Shown: piece after piece, positions 13,901 to 28,900 of the stretch
Numbering within the stretch: the first letter of the stretch is position 1
Layout of the letters: each line of letters opens with the position of its first letter
Source of the DNA: Phoronis australis
Lineage: Eukaryota; Animalia; Phoronida
Assembly (NCBI GenBank): GCA_002633005.1
Contig: NMRA01000018.1
Span: 567,846-631,845 of the forward strand
Direction of reading: 5' to 3'
DNA length: 64,000 bases
Position numbers and translations under genes: made by a program
The notes under the pieces: generated by a model
The model's input: only the letters and a program-made list of their open reading frames with translations
Database searches by the model: none
What the model was told of the DNA's origin: nothing

Positions 13901-16900
13901 CCTCTATCAACCAAACCAGACTCGAAAAAACAGCAAAAATGGCCAAAAGGTGGCGCAAAATACCTCGAAACCATCTGAAAACGGGAGGATTGCACCCTCT
14001 CAACAATAAATGCCTATATTCCAAATTTTATGAAAATCCATTGAGGACCTTAGAAGATATAAAGGTAAACATAAAAAACTAAAACTGCCACAAGAGGGCA
14101 CACTGCTGGTTGGATCCGTTCTAAAGTTCACTCATGTCGTCACATCCATTAAACGAACACACATGCAAAATTTCATGCACATACAACAAAGAGTTTTGGA
14201 GATAGAGCAGCAGAAGCCGGACGGACTGGGAGCATAAAAAGTACAGCAGAACTAATTCTGAAAATCACGTGAGCCCATCGGACCATTTTTAATATTTACA
14301 CAGACAAATGCAGAGAGGTCGTGAATGTTGCTTAGATTTTCAAAAACACTACGTAACACCATTTGAAACATATATACCTTGAGGAAGACGACCTTGACCT
14401 GGCCTTCTTATTACCTGATGTCTGTTTACCAGCTTTGCTCCCTGCAAATAAGGCCAAGAGTTGAAATGCCTGCCAGCATCATTCAGCAAAAGTACGACAT
14501 GCAATTACTCTGCCCCTTTGCTAATAGCTCACTGAATATCACAATCAGGGATTAAATTTCCCAAGGCAGACAATTTTCATTATCTCAAGTTCATTAGCAC
14601 CAGTCATGCATTATTAAGGTTCAGACAGACCGTGAACAATATATATTGATGATGAAAGTACAGGATACATCTCAAGCAATAATGCTTATCTATAGAGTGG
14701 ACCACACAACTGCAATAAGAAAATAGGAGACGGAAAATGATATAAATGATAAAAGGACATGTTGCTACATAAAAAGATACAATCAGTGTGATAATGGTTG
14801 AGCATGGGTATACAATGACAAAGATATGAAAATTTTGGTGAACATGGCAACACATTGTTGTATAAACCGATTACACAATTAACAATCGGTTTAATGTTAT
14901 AAAGCAGAGCATTCTACTCTTCACGTGGCAAGAACAAAAACTGCTTAGCATGAGAAGCAGACCTGTGTCTCTGTAACAGAAGAATGAGCTGCAAGTATTA
15001 GCGGCAAGTGTGGAGCGAACTGCAGGTGTGATATTTGTGGTCAGGTATTCAGATGCATCATCTTGGTAACACTTGATATCCAAACACAAACATCTTAATT
15101 AATAATTTGTTAATAGGCATCTAGTTAAATTCTGTGAACATCCTGACAACTAGGAGTATAAAGTCGAGTAACCTGAGCAATACAAACATTGAGATAACAC
15201 ACAAGAACGAGGTTCATGCAGGATGTCAAAAATGGCATCTATAACCAATGGTGTATGACTGCAGTTTTATGACCAACGTCAAATTGCTGTTATAGTGCAG
15301 TATGGGTCTGTAATCGATTTTATAGTATTTCAAATCATGTTTTAACTAACTTCCTAATCTGGACAGCTCGTGGAGCTACCAGACCTGCAGTTAGCGAGTT
15401 TACTTGGCCGTCTAAAAGCTGAACACAGCCTCCAAAACCTGAACAGGTCGTCCTAGCTGGGGTGGTTAAATTCTGGACCCTGCTACATGGAGGCAAACTG
15501 TGTCCAACCCCTTTAACAGAGATGTCCACATTTAACACTCACGCTTTGCTGTGGAAAACATGATCTGGATTAGTTTAAAATTACAGTTGCAAGAGTGATC
15601 ACATAATATTCAAGAAAAAAAATCAAACAGGATTTTATGGTTTACTAATTGACAACGCTACTACTTAGGATAGTACAATTGGTGACCAGAGGGGGTGGAA
15701 CGGGGGGAGCGATTTCAAAAAATCCCCCTTCAGAAGGAACAAGCCCATTTTCCTTTGGCGAGTGAGTGAAGACCTCACTACACCAAAGTCAGATATTTCC
15801 CAAATGACTGCACACACACACACACACACACCTGACGAGCTTTTGTCTGGCTCAACACTCTTTTCTGTACCACCAGACCCTTCCGTGTCCTCATGCTTCT
15901 CCTCAACTTCCATCTGACAAGAAGAAGAATGCTGCAGTTTATACTCAAACTAAAAACTCCTTCGGAGACGTCAAGTCTACTTCACCGGTTCAAAAACCAC
16001 ACAAGCTGAACTGGTGAACGACATAGATTTTCCAAACATATACAAAGCAAGAAAATTAGTGAAACCGTCTCTGCATGCACTTGCCTTACAAAATTCCATA
16101 TAAAATGAAGTATTTTTGAAAAAATGAATTTGTTAGTAAATTAAACAATAAGTACAGATCCATAACTACTACCATTCCTTTTATATCGATGTTATGGCTT
16201 AAAAGTTGATTTTATACAGTCACATCTCCACCACAGAAAAAGAATGGCACACCCTTCCTGTAATTTATCAAATTTATTTTCCTCTACAAACTAGCATACA
16301 TAATCAGCCAATATCCACAACATGAGTGGTGAACTTACAAGCACACATAAACAGGCAACTCACATTGTCCTCGCCTTCGTTACTTCTTGTCCCTTTTCCC
16401 GTTCTCTTGCTTTGCTCCTCCTCCAAAGTTCCACCCTTTCCTTTGTCCTCCACTTCCATGGCTTCACCTACTTTCTTCTCCTGTGCCTCCATGACCCCAC
16501 CGACCTCGATGGCTCCACCTTCTTCCTTCTCTGCCACTTCCATGACCTCACTGACCTCCATGGCTCCACTCTCTTCCTTCTGCCCTGCCTCCGCGACTCC
16601 TCCTACCCCCACGGTTCCGCTCTGCTCCTCCTTGTGGGCCACAGTAATAGCTGCTGGCTCTACTTCTTTTCTATCATTGCACCTCTCCTTCCCCTTTGGC
16701 TTTGACTCGTTCGTCTCACTAAGCACTTTCTCTTCTTCATTTTGACTCTCCGATTTCCTGTTAGTTGCGTTATCATTCTTCATTTCTACCTTATCCTCTT
16801 CATCTCCTTTCGTCATTTGTCTACCATCTACTTGCCGATCTGCCTCTGAACACTCAGTCGTCTGTTTGTCCGTCCCTTCGTCTGTGGTCTGTTTACCAGT

Positions 16901-19900
16901 CTGGTCATTCGTTGTTTGTTCGTCAGTCTGCTTATTAATGCATTTGCCAGTCTCTCCGTCACTAAGTGGTGCCGCAGGCACTCCTTCATCTACACCGGTC
17001 ATCTTGTTACCAGAGTCTCCTGCAACCTTGGCATCTGGAGGTTAGTAAACAAAAAAAAACTGCTACACATTGATTGAATATGAACAACCACACATATACG
17101 TTGGCCAACACAAAGCTATGGACATTAGTGTGCCAAATACAATAACTAATTGCAAATTACTCAAATTACAACAACAAATTGCCCACAGAAGAGCCCAAGA
17201 AGTAGTCAGCCATTTTTTTTTTTAGGAAATGTACAGCTGACCTTGAGAGGTACTTTGATGAACTTTGTACAATTCAATCATTTTAAAACATTACTTGAAT
17301 TTATTTACAGCCCTTCGATGCTTTTTACAGACTTTATCTCCTACGAAAAAATATACAACACCCATCATATATTATCCACGAGAGTTATACTTTATAGAAC
17401 AGCCTAACACTCAGCAGTGTTCTCTACAATAGATATTCCAAACTCGTTGCAAACTTTCATCTGAGTTATAATTTGAATGGTGAACACTGTCCCTACCAAA
17501 CACACTTCATTGGAGATATTGATTTATGTTGTACAATTAACTGGGGTTGACATACTTTCAGTGACACCTGTTGTCCAGTTGAACAATTTCCATTTTAACC
17601 ACTAGACGTCACTCAAAATCAAAGTAATCTTTAATAACGCATAGTCAAAGCGTTCCTTTAGATGTTCACATGCAAAATTTTAAGGTTACAATAACAAAAA
17701 TGAGTAGTTATTCACTAAAACTAGAAAAGTTGACTCCATGAACTTTTGTTATTAAGAAAATTTTGTCAGATTTTTTTCTTAGCAATAGTGAACACCAGTT
17801 ATTTGTCACAAAGAGTATTTAACATAGCGTTAACTGATGAACTTTCAAAGAAACTGGTTAAAGTTGGGTAAGTTGGCATTTGTAGTCAGAGAAATCTGGC
17901 TTTGCTTTGTTGCGGAGTGCTGAACTCACAAAATTTCAATTTAAGTGCAATAGAATTCAAACCTGACGAAGGGCAACTAAACTTGAGGCTGCTAAAATTC
18001 AAACACGTTAGCGCGTCTAGTTAAAACAGGCTGTGGAGAACACTGCTCAGTGATTTGTTTTCCAACTCCCAGTAATAGCAGGATTCTGTTCACCCAACAC
18101 ATAAATTACGTGAACCACAATCTTACCCGACTTCGCTGCCTCTTCCTCAGTGCTTGTGGAGTTTGTTGAGGTTCCCCGGCGAGACCTTCTAACAGGTGGC
18201 GCCGGTGTATCAGACGACTCTGAACTTACATTGCGACGCAATTTTCTCCTACCTATAGAGAGATGGATAACCACTTATCGCCAGCAATGGGCTACAGCAC
18301 GGTGCAGTAATCTCATACCGTTTTTAATTGCAGAGGTGACACCAAGAAAACCATTGAAATTCCGTGACTACCCAAGTCATAACATATAGTCTAGAAAGCT
18401 ACTAACGATGCAAACAGAAAAGTACAGCCAACCCCTCCAAATGAGAGATCTATCAAATCATCAATCATTTACTGCTTCAGTGTTTTCCATAAATGAATTG
18501 AAATAGTCACCAAAATGGACCCCACAAAAGGTTACCGTATGTCTATATCACAGCTACAGTACTGACATCAGGGCTTGGAATGACCAATGACATAGGGGCA
18601 CCTTCCAAGAACACCTCAACTTACCACCAGATGGCGCTGGAGGCTCTGCAGTCGCCATGGTTTCCTCCTGTTTTTCCTCAGTTTTCTCAGCTGTCTTTGC
18701 CGTGTCACCCGATGGACCACCTTGTGGCTCCTTCACGTCACTAGATGGCACCTGATCTTCAGACGGTTTACGTAGTTTTTCAGGGCTTGACTCCTAGGTT
18801 TCCAAAAGATAAATATTATTCGCCTAATCTTTGAGTTATTAAATTTTCTTAAGTGAACTAAGATGTAACGTATTTAATATCACAGGCCAAGAATGACTAA
18901 AGCTTCACAAAAAAACCCTTAAGCCGGACGGGCAAAAACAACTTCTTGGTTTTACTCAAAGTTCCAAAACATAAGAGCCAAAAATCTGTCAACACAATCC
19001 GAAAAGCACTTACTGCCTGTTCCACTTCTTCTATGGTCGATGTCTGACTGTCTTCCTCCTCCTCTTGAGAGTCTTCCGTGTCCGCTGCACTCAACGCTTG
19101 CTCTTCTGAAATGTCATGCAATTCCCACTATTTACACAGCATTTCTAATGTCAAGCACTCCACAAACTAATTAAAATCATCTCAACCTCAAATGTACTTC
19201 CACGTTTATTAATTATCTATCTTAGTTAAAGTGACAGCCGCTAACATTGAAAATGGGCCGTCTTAACGAAAAATTAGAGAGCTACGAACTTCATTGAGAG
19301 CCATCTAAACCTCAATAAGATACATGTTGAGGTAAATGCGCTAGACACTAAAAAAGCCATGGCACAAGTCTGCAACAAGATTGATCACAAATTGCTTCAA
19401 GGGCCAGCAGTAATCAGACACATCTAGTACTGTTTTAAAATTAAACATTTATCTCACACTCTGAATCCCAGGTGAGTTAAAATGAAAGCTAGCCTTGGCA
19501 GCTAGCTAAACCTGAACTCTACAGAGAAACAGCACACTACCTTCCACTGTCTGTTTCGTAAGCCGCTTACTGAGCTGACAGTTTCACATTATAGGACTAC
19601 AGACAGTTATTTGGTACAACTTAAACAGTAACAACTACATGCACATCTCCATGGCAACAGAATATGAGTCATCTCAATCATCAACTGACAAGATCAGACT
19701 TGGCATGAAAGGTAAAACCTGTGTTCTAAATGAATGCTAATGAGAATACACTAAGCATCATGGATGTCTGTCCAAGTTATCTGCGTATCTCAACACAAAC
19801 TGTAGTTACAAATTGAAGTTGGCATACTCAGAGTCAGAGCATTTTGGGCAGTTTTAACTTGTACTTTTTTATTGAAGCCACTAGAGCTTTATACATTGGT

Positions 19901-22900
19901 AGTTAACGTTTTAAGAATCTCAACAAAAATCTTCCTTCGTTATTAAAACAAATCTGTAAAGAAAATGCTTGAAAAAATGAGCACATTTAAGAATTCTAAG
20001 CTTTTGAAAAATAGCTATTTTACGCAATTATTTCAGACTCTTAATTAAAAATCTTTACGATGCCACACCATGAAATGACAATAGCCATAATTAAAGTAGT
20101 TCATGTGTATAAACAAAATTCTCAACAGACTATTCACAAAAACAATGTTAACTATCCAACTGATCAGACATGGAGAAAGTAAGATACCTGATATTCAGGG
20201 GGGCTGACATTATTATCAAATTAGTGTCAAACGCCATGTCAAAAAGTTCAAAGACTCAACTGAAATATAGCAGTTGTGGCAGTACCAGATAACCTTCAAC
20301 CAGTGCAATCAAAAACCAGGTGTCTCCTTCCACTCAACAGTTGCTTTGATATGACAAAGAATCTAACAAAGGCAGATAGACTCCTCCTCTCAGTTTCATT
20401 AGCTGCACATATGACAAAAAGGTCTTTCCCACTGCCTTAGTGGGAACAATTAACAAGGATCTTTTATTGAAGTTAACAGTGCTAGTTAACTCCGCAGTTA
20501 AAGAGGTGAATTTAACACTTCGGTATTATGAGAACACTTAACTTCAATGCTATCGGTGCTATCAGCAGGTGTTACTGCGTTTGCCAACAGCCGGCACTAA
20601 CTGGTTAATATTTTGTTCCAATATTTATTACTTTGGGAGTGTAAGCATTCTGTTTCACTTTGTCCAAGTGTTTGCTGGAGTCTTTACTTAAAAGAAAAAA
20701 AACATTTAACATTATGACAGAGCACTGTCCATATTTGCAAAAGGTGAAGGTCATATTAGTGCCCCCTTGTGACAACTTTGCAGAACTTTAACTCCGAAGT
20801 TGATGTGAACACTCACCCTTAATTTCGGGATTAACCAGTTTTGATTGTAGCTAACTGCATGAGAAAGGGCTTAATAGATAAGTCACTTGGTTATTAGATA
20901 ACACATTTTATTATCAGCAGTTAGAACAAGAACATGTGATTTCGTAAACCTCCTGGAAAATGATCATAAATTTTCGATATAGGCAAGTATTAAAATGGAG
21001 TCGTATTTCATGTTAAAAGAACAACAAGAGCAACGCAGAGTGTTGAAATGCGCCCACGAAAGCACCGCAAACGATGTGCTTCTAGAGTTTTCATTTCTAT
21101 CATGCACATTGCCACTAGATGGCGCAACACGTCCATTCCATCTGAAAACGGTTCATTAATAGAAAGCTATCAACCAAATTTCCTAAAAATCTGTCAAGGA
21201 ACTTCAGAGAATCAAAGGAAAGCGGAAAAAATGAAATTGCCACTAGGAGGCGCAGCATCCGCCTCAAAGCCGTCGTCTATTGCAAGCTTCTTACTTCATA
21301 TAAATACACTTACTAAATTTAATAAAGATCCTACATCGGGTTGAGGAGATACAGCTACGGCCCCAAAACAAAATCACCACTAGGAGGTGCAACGGTAACC
21401 AAAGTTGTCAGCATAACCAGCCCCTTCACACTGACAGGGCTTGGAATGACCAATGACAAAAAACGCGGAAACTTTTACGGCCCAAAACATGCGCGCTACC
21501 CAGCCTTGAAATAGTCGATGCCAACCTTTCGCCGACAAAAATCGGGATTAAAAAAAAACATCAGTAGCATGCGTCTGCGTCTTTTTAGCTCGTCGTCCAC
21601 TCCCACCCCCACACATTTTTGGCTGCAGAGTCGTAGTATTTGTCACCGCGGTTTACAATCACACGGAACGCCATTGAAAATCCCACCACGCTATCCCAGA
21701 TGCCCCGGCAATGTTGACAATTTACGATCCTCCGAAACATAAAGAGCAACTTCCGCTTTTCGAGGTGAACGTCGTCGGCAACACTGCGGTAAGAAAGGAA
21801 TTTGCAGCGGAAATTTTATATCAAATCAGATTTCTTTTACGCGGAAATATAATAAAATGCGCGGACAGAACATTTGAAAAAAGCGGAAATCCACGTTTCC
21901 GCAGAAAATTCCAAGCCTTGCNTGCGCCCACGAAAGCACCGCAAACGATGTGCTTCTAGAGTTTTCATTTCTATCATGCACATTGCCACTAGATGGCGCA
22001 ACACGTCCATTCCATCTGAAAACGGTTCATTAATAGAAAGCTATCAACCAAATTTCCTAAAAATCTGTCAAGGAACTTCAGAGAATCAAAGGAAAGCGGA
22101 AAAAATGAAATTGCCACTAGGAGGCGCAGCATCCGCCTCAAAGCCGTCGTCTATTGCAAGCTTCTTACTTCATATAAATACACTTACTAAATTTAATAAA
22201 GATCCTGCATCGGGTTGAGGAAATACAGCTACGGCCCCAAAACAAAATCACCGCTAGGAGGTGCAAAGTAACCGAAGTTGTCAGCATAACCAGCCCCTTC
22301 ACACTGACAGGGCTTGGAATGACCAATGACAAAAACGCGGAAACTTTTACGGCCCAAAACATGCGCGCTACCCAGCCTTGAAATATTCGATGCCAACCTT
22401 TCGCCGACAAAAATCGGGATTAAAAAAACATCAGTAGCATGCGTCTGCGTCTTTTTAGCTCGTCCGTCCACTCCCACCCCCACACATTTTTGACTGCAGA
22501 GGCGTAGTATTTGTCACCACGGTTTACAATCACACGGGACGCCATTGAAAATCCCTCCACGCTATCCTAGATGCCCCGGCAATGTTGACAATTTACGATC
22601 CTCCGCTTTTCGAGGTGAACGTCGTCGGCAACACCGCGGTAAGAAAGGAATTTGCAGCGGAAATTTTATATCAAATCCGATTTCTTTTACGCGGAAATAT
22701 AATAAAATGCGCGGACAGAACGTTTGAAAAAAGCAGAAATCCACGTTTCCGCGGAAAATTCCAAGCCTTGCACTGAGTACACACCAATTTTCAAAATCAT
22801 TCTTAGAATGGTTTGGTTGATAGAGGGGTGGACGCCAAAAAACAGACTTGAAAACAGTAAAATGGCCACTAGGTGGCACAAAATACCTAGAATGCATCCG

Positions 22901-25900
22901 AAAACGGGAGGATAGTGTCATCTCACCAATAGGTGCCTAGTATATCCCACGTTTTATGAAAATACGCTGAGGACCTTTTAAGACACAAAGATAAACGTAA
23001 AAAATTTAAACTGCCTCTAGGGGGTGCTCCAGTTATTCGATACTATGCGAAAGTCATCACTGTCCTTTACCACCATCATATAGATACACTTGCTAAGTTT
23101 AGTAAAGATCCCGCAAACTGTTTAGAAGATACGGCCATGGGCGCAAAAAACAAACAAAACTGCCACTTGGAGGTGCCGAAGTAGTCCTCTAGATGGTAAG
23201 AACATACATGCCAATTTTCCCAATTATCCTTAGAGCGGTTTGGTTTATAGAGTTGTGGATGCCAAAGAACATACTCAAAAACAGTAAAAATGGCCACTAG
23301 GTGGCGCAAACTACATCGAATCCATCCGAAAATGAGAGGAGAGATTTACCTCACCAAAAGATGCCTATATTCCAAATTTTATAAAAATACCTTGAGGACT
23401 TCCAAAGATACAGAAGTAAGCGTAAAAAATTAAATTGCCACTAGGAGGCACACCAGCAGTCGGAGCTGTCCGAAATTCGTATTCATCGGTTGTGAGCTTC
23501 ATAGGAACACAACTGCCAAATCTCATCAAGATCCTGTGAGGGGTTTAGGAGATACAGCTCTGGACGCCGAACGCCCGGACAGACAGAGATGACTGCAATA
23601 TGCGACCACATATAAATTTGTGGGCGCATTAAAACCACTTTCAAAATTAAGACAGAGCAATAATGAGCATTAAAATGCAGCCATCGTTGCACCGCAAACG
23701 GAAGGCTTCTCGGGTGTTTATAAGTATCATGAAAATGGCCATTAGACAAGCACAAGTTCATTAGCCAGTCGCCAAGATGATGGGGCACTCTGTTTTTCTG
23801 TAGAGTTCAATGAAATACATTGCTGGTCTGTTCACTGTGTTATTTTACTTGGTAATTACATATCGTAAGCGGGTTCTCAGCACAGCAGCATTTTTGGAAA
23901 TGGCACTTACCAAGAAAGTTTTTTCTGAGGCTCGTGATGAACAGACAGAAGTCTTAAATATATTAAAAAGCAACACCGAGACACATTTTCTAAGGACACG
24001 TGAGGATGATGAACAAGACAAAATTCATATTTACTTGCCTTATAACCTAAAATAAAAGGACTATCTCAGTCAATGACACTTTTACTTCTACTTAACAGTG
24101 CTACGTCATTAGATGGGTGGATACACAAAGTGGTGACGCGGCCCAAGTGGTATTGGCAGACTGCCAGTGTTTGTGGGTGTGTGGCGTATTCAGATTGAAT
24201 AGTTTTTCGAAAATTTGTACTCCCAGTTTTGGAATCCTTTGTGATTACTCAATGACGACCACCAACCCTGCCCCAAAGAACAGGCACTGGTGGACCAACT
24301 AACGAAGCACCTGAAAATGAGGCTCGTCGGTGATGGCGATACCCAGTGGCCATCCTGTGAAGATTATTAGAATACTACCCAATACTATTAAGAAAGTAAT
24401 TACTCATTTCACGTACTCCAATGGCACCCAACGCACCTGAAGGGAACGGTGCCCGATTCCCTCATGGTCACCACCACATTCCACATTATTCAGTGCATTA
24501 TTCAGTTGCAGTAAGTGGTTCTTCGTGAATTTAAAAACGGGACTATCCACCATTGACCTGGCCATAGTAGAGACAGTAAACATCCCATTGACCTTTCATA
24601 TGCCGGAAGCTTTTTCGCAAATTATGCCTCACTGATTAAACCATCAATGTCACATTGTTATACCGTAATCGTTCGGGTTAACGCCCATGCTCAGTTAACC
24701 GCCCACCCCTACTTTAGGTGGATTTTCGATTTAACCGCCCACTGCTCGGTTAACCGCCCCCCTGCTATTTTTGAAGATTTCCAATTAAGCGCCCACCTCT
24801 CGGTTAAGCGCCCATCCCCTACTTTTGACGATTGGTGATTACCGCCCTGTGCTAATAGGAAACGCGAATCCCCGACCTTTTAGATTAAGATCGATGATAA
24901 CATTGAGTGCAACGACGGCCTCAGAGACCGCGGTTTAGCAATGTGAATTATNCATCGACCTCGGGAAACATCGGAATAGGAAAACGTCAGTTCTGGGTTA
25001 TATCGGTCCCGGTACATCGGGAATGAAAAGTTCGCTAACTTGAACCACAATTTCGCATCTAGTGCCAGTGTAGTTGCAATAACAATATCTACGGGCATAG
25101 AATACATGTACAGGGTTTACAGAACATCGACCTCGGGAAACATCGGAATAGGAAAACGTCAGTTCTGGGTTATATCGGTCCCGGTACATCGGGTCTTTTA
25201 TAACCGCTGGGAATCTGAGTTTATTTTCAAATAAACCAGAGCCAAGCCGGTATACTCTTTCATTTATGACTGTCGCTTCTCCTTGAAGTGGTGCGCGCGC
25301 GTGTTCACGCACTTGCAATGAATCGCTGGAGTAGGCCTACACTTTACGTTGGCAACAACGTGTGAAAGATAAATCATATTTCGCGCACGTAGCCCCAGAA
25401 AACAAGGGGTTTGAGAATTTCTTGGCAACTGAAAGTGAAGACGTGAGCGTCGTTTGGCGATTAATAAGGTTGTCATTTTCACTTTGGCTGTCTTAATACG
25501 ATAAAAAGGAGAAGCACATCTCAGTCTAAGTCACAATTGTGTGCCGGGACCGCTTGCGCGCTAACGGTGCCGCAGTACGATATCAGGGACATTGTCGTGG
25601 ATATTTGGTACATGTAATAAGGACATCTTATGTGAAAAAATAAACATTTTTGTCCACCACAAAGTTTGGTAAGTTGATCGCTTAAGACTTAGTAGAAACA
25701 CCGTTGTTTTCTGAAGTTTTATCACGTGTTAAGCAGTGGCCCGTAACTTTCTTCGGCGAATCCGGGAATTTACAAAAGTGGCCGAAAGTGTTAGCCAATG
25801 AAACGCGTCAAAGATCGATTCTGCATATCCCATGTTCACGCGACTTGCTTACAAGTCATCGGGAGGGCTGTTCTCGGTTGGCTATGTTTTGAACTTGGAT

Positions 25901-28900
25901 TTGGCAACGACCAAATAACGGTCGGATTAACAAGAGCTGCTTTGTATTTGCCAGGTATCTGTTTAGAAGTGTAAAAACTCAGCTCACATTCGTTGGAAAT
26001 TCCAGGTCGCATTTTGCGACTTGATACGAGCTGACAAAAATCTCAGCTCGCATTTCCAAATTTCAGGTCGCAAATGCGACCTGCAGCTCGTTATGTCGAG
26101 CCCTGCAAGGACTCATCTAGTGGCTGTCCTGGCCATTATTGGGATGGTCGTTTTAAAAAAATGACTTTGGATTTGGATGGCACAGCCAAGTCAGAAATGC
26201 TTTTGGGAATACCTTCCTTTTCTGTGACATCAGAGTGACTTCATATAGAATTACCCGCACGGCAAGTGTTGAGAAATATTGCATCCAGTGCTAACTACCC
26301 ATACATAGACAATTAATCTTTGAAACTGAAGTATACAGTCCTGAAGTTCAAAGGATTTGCTGTTCCCCTAATGCCATTAGCCGACGCCGAAGTTGAAGAG
26401 GCACTCTCGAAGTGTAATCGACAGTGCAGCCATCGAGATAGGAGAATATACACGTTAAAAAAAATGATATCTGCCAAAATTCTAGGACTGACCTGCCATA
26501 CAAATGCCTTCAATGTCTTTGAACTTGCAAACCAGATAAAAGCTAGTGCAAACGTCCTTAATTTGTTCACACTGTTCCGTTGCAGCTCGATTGCTTGCTC
26601 ATAAGTTAAAATTGTCTTCCTCAACTGCATTAAATTAAAACACTTCTAACACTTCTCTTTTGATAGCTTCAGGATACAAGTTCTGAAGTCATGCTGAGAA
26701 TTATCTGTCTAACATGCAACTCCACAAAGATCATCTTACAAAAAAGATTAGCTGATCTTGGTTTTTGTAGCTCAATACACACATTCTGAATGGAACAAAC
26801 CAGTTAATGTTTGTTTAGTTTACTTCTTTGCCATCCTTTGAACAAGAAAAAAATCCAAACAGTGTGCTAAAAGGACACTGACATTTTTTNCGACTCGCCA
26901 GTCTCATGAATTTGGACCCCACTTTAAAAATCCTAGATGAGTCTCTGCATTGATGGCCTCCTAAGGTGTACCTAAATGTGCAAAAGGTACTTATAGCAAC
27001 GTGACTTTGGTGGTTTAATCAGCGTGAGGCAATAATTCGACGAAAAGCTTCCGATGTATGAAGGCCCTACGGGAGCATCACCATCTCTACTGAGAGACGG
27101 TGGTAATGTCTAGCAGACGATTTGATTTGTCGTTTTTAGAGAAAGGTAAAAGGAAGCGGAATATAACCAGTTAAGCGTGTTTATGCTTCCTTAAATATCC
27201 TAAGGGAATTCCATTTGGTAAAGTAATAACACACTCAACGTATATTCCTATCTTCTTCTGACTGATATCCATTTCACAAAAAAAATCTTGGATGGACTTA
27301 TAAATCAGGTCTGTTAAAGCTAGTTTTTGCTACAGGTTATTTAATTAAAAGAGGTGGATCACACAAACAAATTCGTCAAATAAAGCTCATAACACAGACA
27401 CGCTCAACAGCTCCTCCATGTTATAGGCCTACTGTGTCGTGTCGAGGAATCGATTAAACGTGCATGTGCTCAGACTCTGAGCAGGAAATGGAGACTCTCG
27501 GACCCCAGAGAAATGACTTGCAAAAAACAATCCATTTTCACACGCAAATGTAAGCTCAATTAATGGACTTTTGAGACAGCAATATCCACTGGTAAACAGT
27601 TAAATCCGCAATATCAATTACACATTATCACTTACAGCTCAGTTGGTAATGGCAATCTGTTTTCTCTTCGTAAAAACCACTCAGCCACATGGCAAAGAAA
27701 GAATGGTCGTTAGTATAAAGGTCAAGGTCATTGTCTTGAATGGATTCATCCAGAAGAGTCTACTTTACACTATTCCATAGGGGTGTCAAAATGATGTTGA
27801 AGTCATTCATTCATGCAGCTTCTACTGCATCAAACAACAGAAAAAATGAGAATTACACAGTACAACCAGAGTGTAGTAGAGTAGAAGAGTTCACTTGTGA
27901 GTTCGCTGTTACCGCTACTACTAGCGCCGCCAAGTGGTGACTTAGCAACTGTCAACCAAGACGCGCCAAAACAATGGGGAAGGACGCATTTTGCAGTGCG
28001 ATAAATTGCATGAAGTCATCCACGAAAACCCCAGACGTGTCATTTTGTAGGTTTCCTAAGGATCCAGAAAGGTAAGGATTATCTGTTATTCAATAATATG
28101 ATACATTGTCTTTCATTTTGTGTGTTCTGTTCACGGTTGTTAGACAAGTCGATCGCAATCCCGTTGCCTCTTTTGTCTGCAGTGTTGAGTGTAGGCTACG
28201 TACAGCCGGGCTGCCGGCGGAAGGACTATGATGAACGTACGATGTGATCGTCAGCTTTTTGGATACTTGCAGTCCATGAATTCCAAATCAAAATGTCACT
28301 CGCACGGTCGCAGGGATAATTTTAGGAAAACATGCCCATGGCCATGGGACTGGTGACACGGCCATGGCACAATCACAGCCACAGGGCCACAAGTCTGTCA
28401 TGANNNNNNNNNNNNNNNNNNNNNNNNNNNNNNNNNNNNNNNNNNNNNNNNNNNNNNNNNNNNNNNNNNNNNNNNNNNNNNNNNNNNNNNNNNNNNNNNN
28501 NNNNNNNNNNNNNNNNNNNNNNNNNNNNNNNNNNNNNNNNNNNNNNNNNNNNNNNNNNNNNNNNNNNNNNNNNNNNNNNNNNNNNNNNNNNNNNNNNNNN
28601 NNNNNNNNNNNNNNNNNNNNNNNNNNNNNNNNNNNNNNNNNNNNNNNNNNNNNNNNNNNNNNNNNNNNNNNNNNNNNNNNNNNNNNNNNNNNNNNNNNNN
28701 NNNNNNNNNNNNNNNNNNNNNNNNNNNNNNNNNNNNNNNNNNNNNNNNNNNNNNNNNNNNNNNNNNNNNNNNNNNNNNNNNNNNNNNNNNNNNNNNNNNN
28801 NNNNNNNNNNNNNNNNNNNNNNNNNNNNNNNNNNNNNNNNNNNNNNNNNNNNNNNNNNNNNNNNNNNNNNNNNNNNNNNNNNNNNNNNNNNNNNNNNNNN

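Noticed and set aside
16322-16745. Plus-strand ORFs of 127-139 aa (also 1769, 3118, 6019, 18150)
   Set aside because: Antisense shadows of ACIN1 exons.
21047-22770. ~875-bp tandem duplication of the HINE head plus MITE
   Set aside because: Junction is a single N (21922) and the copies differ only by allele-level SNPs/indels; probable haplotype artefact. The same applies to short duplications at N 24952 and N 32694.
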